From positions 95,976,001-96,040,000 of the forward strand of contig NC_043004.1 of the NCBI RefSeq assembly GCF_006345805.1: a stretch of DNA of 64,000 nt. The letters run 5' to 3'. A program made the translations under genes and the position numbers. The stretch's first letter is position 1; the number at the start of each line of letters is the position of its first letter. Shown in pieces: positions 24,902-39,458 of the stretch. This stretch comes from Octopus sinensis (Eukaryota). The notes under the pieces are model-generated. The model ran no database searches. It was given only the letters and a program-made list of their open reading frames with translations, and was not told the DNA's origin.

Positions 24902-25721
24902 CTGAAGAAACTCTCTTTGACCAAGAGTTTTTAAATGTAAATAAGAAAGAGGCTTTGTTTTTCCTGTCTAAGATATTCAATTATTATTGTTCAAAATATT
25001 ATCAATGATTAATTAACGAAGCTTGATAAAGCAGATGTATCGCCGTTTGTTGTGTTGGTTCAGTTACCTGATAAGCTGAACTATCTGATCATTGAATTAC
25101 CATATAAATGGCTGAATATTTCATAGATAACAGAGACATATCTCTTTCCTCTCTTAAGCCCTTTGCTTTCTATGGATCATAGGCCATCGATGACTTTTTC
25201 CCCACTGTTTTTCCATCTGGAATGTCTTTTCTGCTTCATTCCAGCATAATTGACTTGCCGCCACCCTTATAATTGCTGGTCTTGTGCCAAATTTTGAAAC
25301 TATTATTATCAATCAAATCGTCCAACCCATGCTAGCATGGAAAGCGGACATTAAACGATGATGATGATGATGACTAGAGCAATATGAAATGAAGTATTTT
25401 GCTCAAGCACATAATGTGTTGCCTGGTCTTGAAATTGAAACCACAACCTGACAATTATGAGCCCAATATCCCACCACTAGGCCTCATGTCTCCACATAGT
25501 TATGTGTACCCTGACATAATTTTCAGGTGGGAAAATCAACATGCATCAGTGTAATAAGTGTGGACCTTTAAATTATAAATACATTCTATTGTGAAGGTAA
25601 AAAGAAAATATAATCTCCCGAGTAGTTACACAGAGGTATTGAACCTGTTACCTTCTAATTAAGGAGCAAACTGCTTAATCATTCAGCCGCACTGCATTCA
25701 CAAACAAAATATCAGAAATGA

Positions 25722-26290
25722 TGGCCTATACCAGGGGTGTAACCAGCCCACTTTTGCATACCTTTCCTTCACTGGACACTAAACTCCGCTTGTGAAGACC
25801 TGTTGAGGCAAGTGAAATCAAAATTGAAATCAAATTCGATGACTGGCATCTGTGCTAGTGGAGCGCTAAGAGTACCATACGAGCATGATTGTTGCCAGAG
25901 CAACAAGCTGGCCTCCATGCCGGTGGCACGTAAAAAACACCATTTGAGCATAATCGTTACCTGTGTTGCTTTACTGGCACTTGTGCTGGTGGCATGTGAA
26001 AAAACATTCAACTGAGGTCGTTGCCAGTGCCGCTGGACTGGCTCCTGTGCAGGTGGCACATAAAAAGCACCATTTGAGCATGGACGTTGCCAGTACCACC
26101 CGACTGGCCCTCGTGCCAGTGGAACAGTGGCACTCTCGGAGTGGTTGGTGTTAGGAAGGGCATTTAGGTGTTGAAACTCTGCCAGACCAGATTGGATTCT
26201 GGTGCAGCCATCTGGTTCGCCACACCTCTGTCAAATCGTCCAACCCATGCTAGCATGGAAAACGGACGTTAAACGATGATGATGATGATA
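25722..26290 (+). mobile_element. RTE 3' UTR (family C), long copy
   Basis: gaagacctgttgaggcaagtgaaatc, internal repeats, tail ccaacccatgctagcatggaaaacggacgttaaacgatgatg. Confidence 0.85.
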
Positions 26291-26619
26291 CCATGACTTT
26301 GAAATACAGTCACAACGCAAAGCCTAAACCACATCTTACGCAAGATGCTTTCAATTCATTAACATAACACATACAATAAAATATCACAACATATACTTTT
26401 ACATATCAACACCCAACATTACAACACATACCACACATTTCTAACAGTTCCGATATCTCATTTTCTATATATTATTGCTTTATTTACTCTAGTCATTGGA
26501 CTGAAGTTATGCTGTATCGACCCAAGAGATTTGTCTAGTGTTACTTTTGTCAATTTGAAAGAGAACAAAATATTACATAAACCAAGCATAAAAGGGAAGT
26601 AATCTATTTGGAATTTAAT

Positions 26620-26835
26620 ATTAACTTCAAATTTTTGCACAAGGCCAGCAATTTCAAGATGGGTGGGTGGTTAGTCGATTCCATAAGTACACAGCTTGTA
26701 CTTGTTTTATCAATCTTGAAAGGATGAATGGCAAAGTCAGCCTCAGTGGAATTGGAACTCTGAACATAAAGGGATGAAATTCTGCTGAATATTTTGCCTG
26801 ATGTGCTAGTGATTCTGCCAAATCTTTGTCCATAT
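26620..26835 (-). mobile_element. SINE family B, degraded
   Basis: ggatgaatggcaaagtcagcctcagtggaattggaactctgaac. Confidence 0.7.
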
Positions 26836-27155
26836 TTGGAATTTAATACTAGAAGTTATTTTACATATGACCTCCATCAAGATTTTTTTGGTTTCGGAGT
26901 GGGTTTATGAAAGGTGGATATATATATATTATGCAATGCACTTAATACACTTTTGAAATGACCTCAAACTATAGAAACCAAGCAAAACAAAACTTATCAG
27001 TGAGGTGTGGTCTTCCAACCCAGAACAAACTCTGTAACCTATGCCAGGCATAGAAAAGTGTTATAAAACTATGATGGTAATGATGATGATGATGATGATG
27101 ATATATGCAGATATATATAGTAGAATAACAAAAAAGAAAGTTCTTGGTACAGTAT

Positions 27156-27363
27156 TATATATTTGAAAAAATGAGTAGAGATGGTTTTTTTGGGGAGGGA
27201 TAACTTTTATTTTAATAATAATGTTTACAGTGAGTTACTCTGTTATGAGTTTCAAGTTTCTGCTTGAAACTCATAACAGGGTAACTCACTGTAAACATTA
27301 TTATTAAAATAAAAGTTATCCCTCCCCAAAAAAACCATCTCTACTCATTTTTTCAAATATATA
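27156..27363. repeat. Near-perfect 208-bp palindrome (101-bp arms, 6-nt loop)
   Basis: Arms 27156-27256 and 27263-27363, loop TTTCTG, one mismatch (U-G wobble on the + strand). Confidence 0.97.
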
Positions 27364-27390
27364 TATAAATATATGTATACATACATATAA

Positions 27391-27470
<80 letters not shown>

Positions 27471-27689
27471 TTAGATATAATATAATATGAATAAAATGGA
27501 GAGTGTGAACACAGTAAAAAATCATGGGAAGAATCATACTTTCCATTTTCTTTATATTATATTTTTAAGATTTTGTTCTCCGATATCGGATATATGAAAA
27601 CATCTATAACGACAACTGGAACTTCATAAGTGTTAAACACTGATGTCAAAGAAGAACCATCAATAAACACGAATACAAACATAAATTAA

Positions 27690-27803
27690 CAAATTCCAGG
27701 AAAATTAATTGATATGGAGCAAAACTGGTGTACGCTTGGATGTAATGCATCCCTGTTGAAAGAGCAACTTCTTTCCATTTGAAACCTCATAAACACTCGG
27801 TAT
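27690..27803 (-). mobile_element. Possible Tc1/mariner terminus
   Basis: Minus strand begins TA|CCGAGTGTTTATGAGG next to a TA tract; no partner TIR found. Confidence 0.3.
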
Positions 27804-27870
27804 AGATATATATATACACACAAATATATATATATACACACAAATATATATATATACATATGCATAGACA

Positions 27871-28262
27871 TTGGCATAGGAGTGGCTGTGTGGTAATTAT
27901 CTTGCTTACCAACCACATGGTTCTGGGTTCAGTCCCATTATGTGGCAACTTGGGCAAGTGTCTTCTACTATAACCCTGAGCCTTGTGAGTGGATTTGGTA
28001 GACGGAAACTGAAAGAAGCCCATTGTATATATGTATACATATGTATGTGTGTATATGTTTGTGTGTCTGTGTTTGTCCCCCCAACATTGCTTGACAACCA
28101 ATGCTGGTGTGTTTATGTCCTGTAACTTAGTGGTTTGGCAAAAGGGACTGATAGAATAAGTACTAGGCCTACAAAGAATAAGTTCTGGAGTCGATTTGTT
28201 CGACTAAAGGCGGTGCTCCAGTATGGCCATAGTCAAATGACTGAAACAAGTAAAAGGGTAAA
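27871..28262 (+). mobile_element. SINE family A, full length
   Basis: Head to tail. Confidence 0.9.
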
Positions 28263-28296
28263 AAGGGATACATACATACACATTCATATCAGCAGA

Positions 28297-28765
28297 TATG
28301 GCTGTGTAGTTGGGTTGTTAAGTTTGCTTCTCAACCATGTGGTCTTGGATTCAGCCCACTGCATGACACCTTTGGCAAGTGTCTTCTACAATAACCCTGG
28401 GCTAACCAAAGCCCTTGAGAATGGACTTGTAAATGGAAACTGAAAGAAGCCCATCATGCAAGTATGTATATATAAATGATTGTTACCAACGTTGCCTTAC
28501 TGGCACCTGTGCTGGTGGCATGTGTAAAAAGATTCGAGCAAGGTCGTTGCCAGTACTGTCTGGCTAGCCTCCGTGCCAGTGGAACATAAAAAGCACCCAC
28601 TACACTCTTGGAGTGGTTGGCATTAGGAAGGGCATCCAGTTGTAGAAAACTCTGCCAAATCCAGATTGGAGCCTGGTGCAGCCATCTGGTTCGCCAGCCC
28701 GCAGTCAAAATCGTCCAACCCTTGCTAGCATGGAAAGCGGACTTTAAACGATGATGATGATGATT
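28297..28765 (+). mobile_element. SINE A head fragment followed by RTE 3' UTR (family C)
   Basis: Head/core 28297-28455; family C 28478-28765 with a (GAT)n tail. Confidence 0.8.
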
Positions 28766-29461
28766 TGTATGAAATTTCGCTCACAATGCATTAGTTGATC
28801 TATGTTTCTGACAGAAAGCACTACCCTAAGTGCTACACTTGGATCATACAAAGGACAATGAAGTGAACATATCAAACACATGGTCATACTTACACCCATC
28901 AAATATCTACTTACCCTAATATAAACTTGGTCTCAGTTATTCCTCTTTGTGAGTGTTGGAAAACTATATACTTATATAATTGTCAACTTTATTTGCATAT
29001 GAACATTGTGATAGTTATTTTGATGGTTTGATCATGCTGAAGCATTACACTAATGAAATATTACCATAATGACATCAATTAAGAGTGAAATGTAATCATC
29101 TTCTGAAAGTGTGCCCTGATTCAGTCATTCCTGCCATGACCATCCTGTCGATTTTTCAGGGATAGTGTAGCCTGGATTATTTTTGTCAATGTGTCTTTAA
29201 AATTGTATGGTGTCGTTTGAGGATTATTCGACTGATATTTCTAGCAGGTTGTTGTTGTGATATAGCCCCAGGTCAACCTCCTTCTGATGAAGATGAAGAA
29301 TGATCAAAGGCATTCCAGCTGTGACCATCTCATTTTTTTGCATCATTTTGCTGTGACCATCTCACCTTTTTGCATAACTAAGGTTATTTTATTCCATTCG
29401 TCCTCAATGTTTTAAAAAATATTAGGATGTGATCTGAAAAATAATTGGTTGTTACTTCTAG

Positions 29462-29523
29462 CAGATTGTGAGACCACATGAAGGTTTCCTCATTGATGCT
29501 ATTCATGATATCAATAATTACAG
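29462..29523 (+). other. Candidate 62-nt internal exon (unverified)
   Basis: gttgttacttctag|CAG...QIVRPHEGFLIDAIHDINNY...ACAG|GTATGA; both splice sites are good and the frame is open. Confidence 0.3.
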
Positions 29524-30279
29524 GTATGAACATCTTACAGATAAAGCAATAATTCATTTTTGACTCATTTTTATCAATAGTTTCCAGAGACCAAAACATT
29601 TTGCAAAAGAAAAATTTAAACAGTGAAAAATATATGCATGACACGTCAAAGACATCTTGGTCCAGTTTCTATGAAATTAGTCAAATTTTCAAGATGTCAG
29701 ATAAGAAATATGTCTGTAGAACTGTTAATTTCACAACAGTATTCTAGAAATATATTTGCAGTATTTCTTCAGTGTATGCTGTAATGAAGAACTTTTTGCT
29801 TGAAGCCCTAGTGGAAATATATTTCAATATCTTACACTTCCCATTTTAGTATTTTTTACTTTCATTTTGGCCTATTTCTTTCTCTCAAATTCCTCCCTTT
29901 CTCTTGTCTTCTGGGGCATTTATCAACCGTCAAGTACATGACAATATCTTTCACTCAGCACGCACATGCACAGTCAGTTTTTCTTCCACATGTCGATATT
30001 CATAGAGTCAATTGCTTGACTTTGCCTTGCCTTTCTTTCTTCCTTCACTCCTGTCTTCTACACACACAGTCCCCTTAGTATGTGTATGCATAAGTGTGTG
30101 TGTATGTATATGTGTGTGTGTGTGTGAGCATGTGTGTATGTGTCAGCATGTGTGCATGCATGCATATGTGTATTGCAGTATTGCATGCACTAAAACCAGC
30201 ATCACATAGACTGCTAAATGCATAGATTAAATCATATATCATTATACAAAGATCCGTTATCATTTATATAGGATTTATT

Positions 30280-30485
30280 GAATTGGCAGAATCATTAGAG
30301 TATCAGACATTCTGGTTCCTTGAATTTGGGTTCAAATCCTACCAAGGTCAACTTTGCTTGTCTTCATTCAGGCATTGATAAAATAAAATACCAGTCATAC
30401 AGTAAGGTCAATTTTGAAGTCAATTTAATTAACTACTTCGCTTCCACCTCTGAACTTTGTGGCCTTGCATCTATGCTAGAATTCC
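30280..30485 (+). mobile_element. SINE family B, degraded
   Basis: ttggcagaatcattagag...ggttcaaatcctaccaaggtcaactttgc. Confidence 0.7.
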
Positions 30486-31039
30486 TTATTTCTTTTATTA
30501 TCATTCTTTCATTTTTGTTTTTGTTTGTTTCCTTCTAACTTAGTGACTGTTTTTCCCTACTTAGTAGATGCTACTGAAACTGTTGTTTGTTTACCTCTTT
30601 AGGAAATACTGAATTTTACTTCTTTTTTTTTTGTTATAGTACTAACCATAAGAACAAAGAGCTAGTAGATGCAGCGTTTTGGTTTGTGTGACCTTAGAGA
30701 ATTTATTCCTTATTATTTTCTGAATAGTTTTCTTTTAAGAAAAGTATATAAACATGACAGTGATATTGGTAGCTGGCCAACAAAAGAGAATTTTGCAGAA
30801 TTTACAAGTAGAAGGGGAAAATTTCATTTGGAAACCTTCTTTGTTTCTCCTTGGAAAGGAAGAGAGTTACCTCTGTTTTGTATTTATCTTGCATAAGGTT
30901 GTACAGTAGATTGACAATGAACATTTTACTCATTGGCCTGATTCATTCTCATTTACTTTAACTTTCATTTGGAGAAGGAAATTAGGATGCAGTGAGAATG
31001 ACTGCATTCTTGTGAATTTCTAGGCAACCTTATTTGAAT

Positions 31040-31660
31040 CCAGTGCCATAGAGATTGAAGTGGTTGAGGATTTCATCTTCCTTGGCTCCAAAATAAATCG
31101 AGATGGTGACTGCACTCCAGAAATAAGACGGTGGATAGTACTAGGCAGAGAGGCAATGGTCAGCATGAGCAGGGTCTGGAAGAGTAGAGACATCAGACTC
31201 GCTACCAAATGCAGATTGGTGAATGCAATTGTCTTCCTAATAGCAACATATGGATGCGAGACCTGGACACTAAAGAAAGCTGACCAGAAGAGAATTAATG
31301 CATTCGAGCTTTGGTGTTGGAGAAGACTTTTGCGGATTCCATGGACAGCGAGGCTCACCAACAGAGAAGTTCTTAAGCAGATAAGGCCGAAAATGTCGCT
31401 AGAAGCTAGGATCACCAAGCATAGATTGGCATATTTCAGTCATATTATGCGGAGAAAATCCCTGGAGAAGGACATCATGCTCGGAATGGTCAGTGGCAAG
31501 AGAGGAAGAGGCCGACCAAGAACCCACTGACTTGACACCATCAAGAGTGATACCGAAATGGACATAGCCAATCTGAAAGAAGCAGCCCGGGATAGAACTG
31601 ACTGGCGGACACTGATCCAATGAGTGACCGAGATTCGACTTCGACTGAGCGGATAGAGAG
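31040..31660 (+). mobile_element. RTE/BovB-like LINE 3' ORF fragment
   Basis: VEDFIFLGSKI..YGCETWTLKKADQKRINAFELWCWRRLLRIPWTAR..LEKDIMLGMVSGKRGRGRPR. Confidence 0.92.
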
Positions 31661-32475
31661 AGACACATCGTTAACAACTTGGTGGTGCTCGTTAGATAGA
31701 TATAAAAGGACGCACACAGCCAAGTAACATCCTCTTTTACTCTCCCACATGGCCTGCAGGTAACCACGTTGTCTCAATATCTGTTCCTGCTACGGGACAA
31801 CCCCACGTTGATTTGAATTTTGTTAAATCCTCTATACCAGTCATGGAAGGCGGCAAGACGAAAACCTCTTCTTATTCAACTTCCATTCAGTCTTGTTGAA
31901 TGTTAATATACAAGCTGTGTAAAAATGCTCTCACCCTGGATTGGAATAACTACTCCATGTACACAAAGTCTTCGAAAACTCATACAAGTTGTTGTTGCTT
32001 CTCACTGGATTAATTCCTACAGCTATCAAAGGATGACCGAACATTATATTAAATTAGTGGACTAAAAGCTTGCTAAAAATTTAATGAAAAGGTGGGTGAG
32101 ACACATATGGTTTGAGTGAACAACTCTATTCTCAGTGCGTAACTGTAGCTCAGAGCACAAAGCTCAAACACAGCACTTAGTTCTGGTAATCAGGATTATT
32201 CTGGATCTGTGGAGTTAGTTGATAGCCTTCACTTGATGTGATTCTTTATTTAGCTACTGAAGACTTCTTTTCCACTTTTGATATTGTATTGTTATCTATG
32301 ATTGGGGTTATTTTCTCGTTTTTTTTTTCTCAACCAAAATCCCACTATTTTCTATTCGGTCATTGTACGTCATAGGCACTTGTGACACCACCATCACCAC
32401 CACCACCACCACCACCACCAACACCAACACCACCACTACCACCACTACCACCACCACCAACATCATCATCATCAT

Positions 32476-32930
32476 CAAGGTGATGAGCTGCCAGAATCAT
32501 TAGCATGCTGAGCAAAATGGTTAGCAGCATTTCACCCGTCTTTACATTCCAAGTTCAAATTCCACCTGGGTTGACTTTGTCTTTCATCCTTTCAGGGTTG
32601 ATGAAATGTGTACCAGTTGAGTAGCGGAGTCGATACAACAGACTTACTCCCTCCTTCGAAATTGCTGGCCTTGTACCAAAATTTGAAACCATTATTAATA
32701 TTGTTGTTGTCGTTAAGGTGGTAAGCTGGCAGACTTGTTAGCACACTGGATGAAATACTTACTGATATTTCGCCTGTCACTATGTTCCTGGTTCAAATTT
32801 CACCGAAGTCGACTTTGCCTTTCATCCTTCCAGGGTTGATAAAATAAGTACCAGTTGAACACTGGGGTTGATGTTCTCGTCTCACCCTCTCCCTGAAATT
32901 ACAGGACTTGTACCAAAATTTGAAACCATT
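32476..32930 (+). mobile_element. Two SINE family B copies in tandem
   Basis: aaggtgatgagctgccagaatc... and aaggtggtaagctggcagac... Confidence 0.8.
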
Positions 32931-33329
32931 ATTATTGTTGTTGTTGCTATTATTATTATTGTTATTATTATTATTATTATTATTCCTAATATCATTATTA
33001 TTATAACTATTATTAATATCATATTTATCCTCCTCTACCTCAGCATCATCATCACCATCATCATCATCATCACTATTATTGTAACTTAACTAGGAAGACA
33101 CAGACTCCGTCAACACATTTTTATGCAGATCATATCACAGAATTTCATTTAAAAGCAACCAAGACTAAAACCCCTATCTCATCCTACCTCATCTCACAAA
33201 AATCCACCATTACCCACATCCCTTGCCGGCTTATCACTGTCAAACCTCCAATATCATATACACAAACACACAAAAACATTAAAACAAAAATAAAAATTGC
33301 AAAAATGAAAATAAATAGATAAAGCGATA

Positions 33330-33384
<55 letters not shown>

Positions 33385-33539
33385 GAAAAATGAAATAACA
33401 AAACCAAAAAAAAAATCAAGCAAAAATACTTTTATATCTAAACTGCATTGTTAACCTTTCTGAAAGGCGGAACAATAACACTGCAAGACTTTTCAGAGAG
33501 ACACATTGAGTCTCCCAGTAAGAATTGTCTGTTAGTTCA

Positions 33540-34900
<1,361 letters not shown>

Positions 34901-35526
34901 TATGTATTCACAAATGCAAACACTAAACTAAGCACTGATAAATTAGTTCAAAGAATAAACTTCTGAAAAAAAAAATTAAAAGGAAACAAACAAAAGAAGA
35001 CATAAAATTACAAAAGTAAACAACTAAACAATGATGGTTAAAAACAACAACAACAATAACAACATTAAGAATTTGTATTTTGGCTTGAATCCAAAGAATT
35101 CCAAAGCTGGGTATAGTTAGTTGAATTGAGCCTATTGCGTAACAGGTATGATTTATTTTATAAATGCTAGAATTTGAAAAATACCTTAAGACATGGTAAA
35201 ATTTGAATTTTTAATGCAAAGATTTTTTAATTCAGTTCTCTGCCATTTCTGCTTTTACACCTACCACAAGAGAAGCAATAGGTACATTGTAAATGTTGGT
35301 GAACCAGTCACTTGGTTTGTTATCATCCTTGGGTGTCTTTAACACCATTTATACTGTTGCTAGTCATGTTTACGTTGTTTACGTCCCGTTTCTGGTCTGT
35401 GAACTACTCTTGTCCTTCCAGTGTCCAGTCTTAAGTATTAGAGTTCCTGCAAATAGTCACAGACACTACTACTTCTCTTCTTCTAAGCATTAAAACAAAG
35501 AGAAAAAAAAAAACTTACGTTTATAT

Positions 35527-35922
35527 ACTCTTTTACTTGTTTCAGTCATTTGACTGCGACCATGCTGGAGCACCGCCTTTAATCGAGCAACTCGACCCCG
35601 GGACTTATTCTTTTGTAAGCCCAGTACTTATTCTATCGGTCTCTTTTGCCGAACCGCTAAGTAACGGGGACATAAACACACCAGCATCGGTTGTCAAGCA
35701 ATGCTAGGCGGACAAACACAGACACACAAACACACACACGCATATATATATATATACATATACACAACGGGCTTCTTTCAGTTTCCGTCTACCAAATCCA
35801 CTCACAAGGCTTTGGTCGGCGGCTATAGTAGAAGACACTTGCCCAAGATGCCACGCAGTGGGACTGAACCCGTAACCATGTGGTTGGTAAACAAGCTACT
35901 TACCACACAGCCACTCCTGCAC
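35527..35922 (-). mobile_element. SINE family A, full length
   Basis: Reverse complement head to tail. Confidence 0.92.
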
Positions 35923-36376
35923 CTGTATATTTGTTTTGCAAGATTTTTGATATGAAATCGTGTGTTGAAACAGATATTGTTGTATTTAGGAATGGTCATT
36001 TTGCCAGTTTAGCCAATAAAAACACACGCACTATATATTTGGTGTTACTTTGCTTCAGCGTTATTCACTTTTTACATTAATCTTAATCTTATTTTGTCAT
36101 TCTCCTGTCACCTCATCAGTGGTCCTTTGCTTTCTTCTTTCTTATTTGTGTCTCTCCTTACAAACGGTCAGCCATTTTGTATTATGTATTCCTATTGTAT
36201 GTGTCTTCATTTGCGCATGCGTATACCTCTATGTGTGTCTATGTTTAGTTAGTGTGTGTGTGTAGGGGGGTGAAGTGCCTGTAATATTTGTATCTCCTGT
36301 TTATATATGTTCGTGTAATTTGTTTTTTGTTTTTCGTTTTTGTTTATTCTTATTTTGTTCATGTGTCTACACCTAC

Positions 36377-36423
<47 letters not shown>

Positions 36424-36995
36424 TTTAATGTATATAGTTATTTACTTCCATTTGTTTATTTATCTGTGTATTTTATTAAGTTTTTAGTTTTGTTTATATT
36501 GAATTTCTTTACATTGATATCAAGCTCTAAGTTTTAGAAGCTGTGTTCATCAGCTTCTCTAGTGTTGGTACTATGATAAATGCATTTTGTACTTTGGTGT
36601 TAGGAAGGGTATCCAGCAATAGGAATCATGTCAAATATGGAAAATATGATTTGGGCTGCGCTTGTCTGTTAACATTTGAGATGGAAATGTATGGGCCATG
36701 CACTTTCAGAAGAGAAAGAAGTTTTATAAAACAAACTTAGAACTTTTGTGAAGAAAGTACTTAGACTGAGACAACTATGGCTAAGAACAACGAGAAAAGA
36801 GATTGGATGGATAAAAAGGAAATGCACTGAAGATAGATTTCTCCTGCACGTGTTCTTGAAAACCTAATGCATTCAGTGGTGGATGTTAGATAATTAATCT
36901 AATCTCAAATTTAAATAATACAATAATACCATTTCGTTTTTGGATTTGGTTTGCAAGATTCTTTATATGAGTTCGTGTGTTGAAGCATATTCTGC

Positions 36996-37207
36996 TGTGT
37001 CTGAGGAGAGTCATTTTCTTTTTATGCCTTATTATTTAACACACTCACCGCTAAAATTTTCATTTTTTTCCCTTATTTTTATTGTCCTAAAATTTTCGTT
37101 GCATCGAAAATTTTTGGACAATAAAAATAAGAAAAACAAGTGGAAATTTTACCGGTGAGTGTGTTAAATAATAAGGCATGAAAAGAAAATGACTCTCCCC
37201 AGACACA
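36996..37207. mobile_element. Foldback MITE-like element (about 103-bp arms, loop TTGCAT)
   Basis: tgtgtctgaggagagtcattttc...aattttcg / cgaaaatt...gaaaatgactctccccagacaca; roughly a dozen mismatches. Confidence 0.85.
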
Positions 37208-37830
37208 ACATAATAATACCATTGAAAAAGCACAAATATCCCAACATTTGTAATTTAATCTAAAAACCTCAGGCTTCCTGCCTACATCATAAATTAATAA
37301 TAAAGCAATTGGTTGGTATTCGTTGCCATGATTTTAATGTCTACTTTTCCACGTTTGTAAGAGCCAGTCAGAATTCATTGAGACAGATTTTCTATGGCCT
37401 GATGCCCACCTGTCTACATTCAACTGTTTGAAGCAAGGGATTATTTTCCCATTGCTAAACATATTTTTGCAGAAGAGATTACAAATGAACGACCTTGAGT
37501 GTATAATGATGATGCTTGTAGAGTACAGGTGGTGGAATAGCAGAATTGGTAGAGTGATGAACTTGCAGGAATTCAGTTGTGGCCCATGGCAATCTGAGTT
37601 CACATTCCACCAACACCAGTTTTTGCCTTTCATCCTTCTATGGGGTGAGGGTGAACAAATAAAGTACCAATCAAGTATTTGGTTGATAGAATCCGTAATG
37701 AACTGTGTGATCTTGTGCAATGTTAGAAATCAATATTTATATACTTAAATGTTTTCAATATCACTTAATGTAAACAGAACTTTTTGCTATTAGATCTTCT
37801 AATTGTATGTTCCTTCAGATAGTGAGTCCT

Positions 37831-38175
37831 ATCATCATCATCATCATCATCATCGCCTTTTAATGTCTGCCACCATGCTGGCATGGGTTGGACAGTTTGA
37901 CTGAGGACTGGCATGCCAGGAGGCTGTACCAGGTTCCAATCTAATCTGGCATGGTTTCTACAGCTGGATGCCCTTCCTAATGGCAACCACCCTGAGAGTG
38001 TAGTGGATGCTTTTTACATGCCACCAGCACAGGGGCCAGTCAGGCAGTACTGGCTCTGACCATGCTTGAATGGTGGTTTTTATGTGCCATTGGCACGGGA
38101 GTCAGTCAGGTGGCACTGGCAATGACCATGCTTGAATAGTGCTTTTTGCATGCCACCGGCACAGGAGCCAGTCAC
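37831..38175 (-). mobile_element. RTE 3' UTR (family C)
   Basis: (ATC)n then ccatgctggcatgggttggac. Confidence 0.8.
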
Positions 38176-38351
38176 CATGGAAGCTCTGTATTTATGCTGG
38201 AGTCAATTTTGTAAATTTTACACATTCTGAACTTGATGATAATCACAACCAGTGTTCAAACATAATCTATCTAGGACTATATTATCCAATGTGCCTTTTC
38301 TTCTTTTTAAGAAAGTATATGACTATAGGTCATCATCTTCATTCTTATTTA

Positions 38352-39039
38352 TTAATGACAAAGGCATTATTAATACTGAGAGTTAATATTTATCTCCACT
38401 TAAACATGGATGTTCTATTAGAACAGATAATACTGCAGTAGTCATCATGAGAGAAACTCTCATATCGGCTTCAACAAAAAGCAAATATGAGAATTTCTTA
38501 TTTCTTTATTGCCCACAAGATGCTAAACACAGAAGGGACAAACAAGGACAGACAAGTGGATCAAGTCAATTATATCGACCCTAGTTCGTAACTGGTACTT
38601 AATTTATCGACCCCGAAAGGATGAAAGGCTAAGTTAACCTTGGCGGAATTTGAACTCAACGTAAAGACAGACGAAATACCTATTTCTTTACTACCTACAA
38701 GGGGCTAAACACAGAGAGGACAAACAAGGACAGACAAATGGATTAAGTCGATTATATCGACCCCAGTTCGTAACTGGTACTTAATTTATCGACCCTGAAA
38801 GGATAAATAGGCAAAGTCGACGCCGGCGGAATTTGAACTCAGAATGTAACGGCAGATGAAATACCGCTAAGCATTTCGCTCGGAGTGCTAACGTTTCTGC
38901 CAACTCGCCGCCTTAATATGAGCAAATATGAGAATTTCTCTCATGGCAACTACTGCAGTATAGCCTGTTCTTATAGAACATCCACGTTTAAGAGGAGATA
39001 AATATCATTTCTTGGTATTAATAATGCCTTTCTCTTTAA
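38352..39039. mobile_element. Foldback MITE-like element split by a SINE insertion
   Basis: Arms about 38360-38465 and 38926-39031 are about 85% reverse-complementary. Confidence 0.8.
38499..38920 (-). mobile_element. SINE family B with a duplicated 3' module
   Basis: 19-bp TSD agcaaatatgagaatttct at 38480-38498 and 38921-38939. Confidence 0.92.
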
Positions 39040-39044
39040 TATAT

Positions 39045-39263
39045 ACTCTTTTACTCTTTTACTTGTTTCAGTCATTTGACTGCGGCCATGCTGGAGCACC
39101 ACCTTTAATCGAGAAACTCGACCCCAGGACTTATTCTTTTGTAAGCCCAGTACTTATTCTATCGGTCTCTTTTGCTGAACTGCTAAGTAACGGGGACATA
39201 AACACACCAGCATTGGTTGTCAAGCAATGCTAGGGAACCAAACACAGACACACAAACACACAT

Positions 39264-39308
<45 letters not shown>

Positions 39309-39458
39309 TACGACAGGCTTCTTTCAGTTTCCGTCTACCAAATCCACTCACAAGGCATTGGTTGGCCCAGGGCTATAGCAGAAGGCACTTGCCCAAGATG
39401 CCACACAGTGGGACTGAACCCGGAACCATGTGGCTGGTAAGCAAGCTCCTTACCACAC
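39045..39458 (-). mobile_element. SINE family A
   Basis: Reverse complement head to tail. Confidence 0.9.

Noticed and set aside
29795-29830. GAAATATATTTC palindrome suggesting an HHR stem III
   Set aside because: No CUGANGA core at the required spacing
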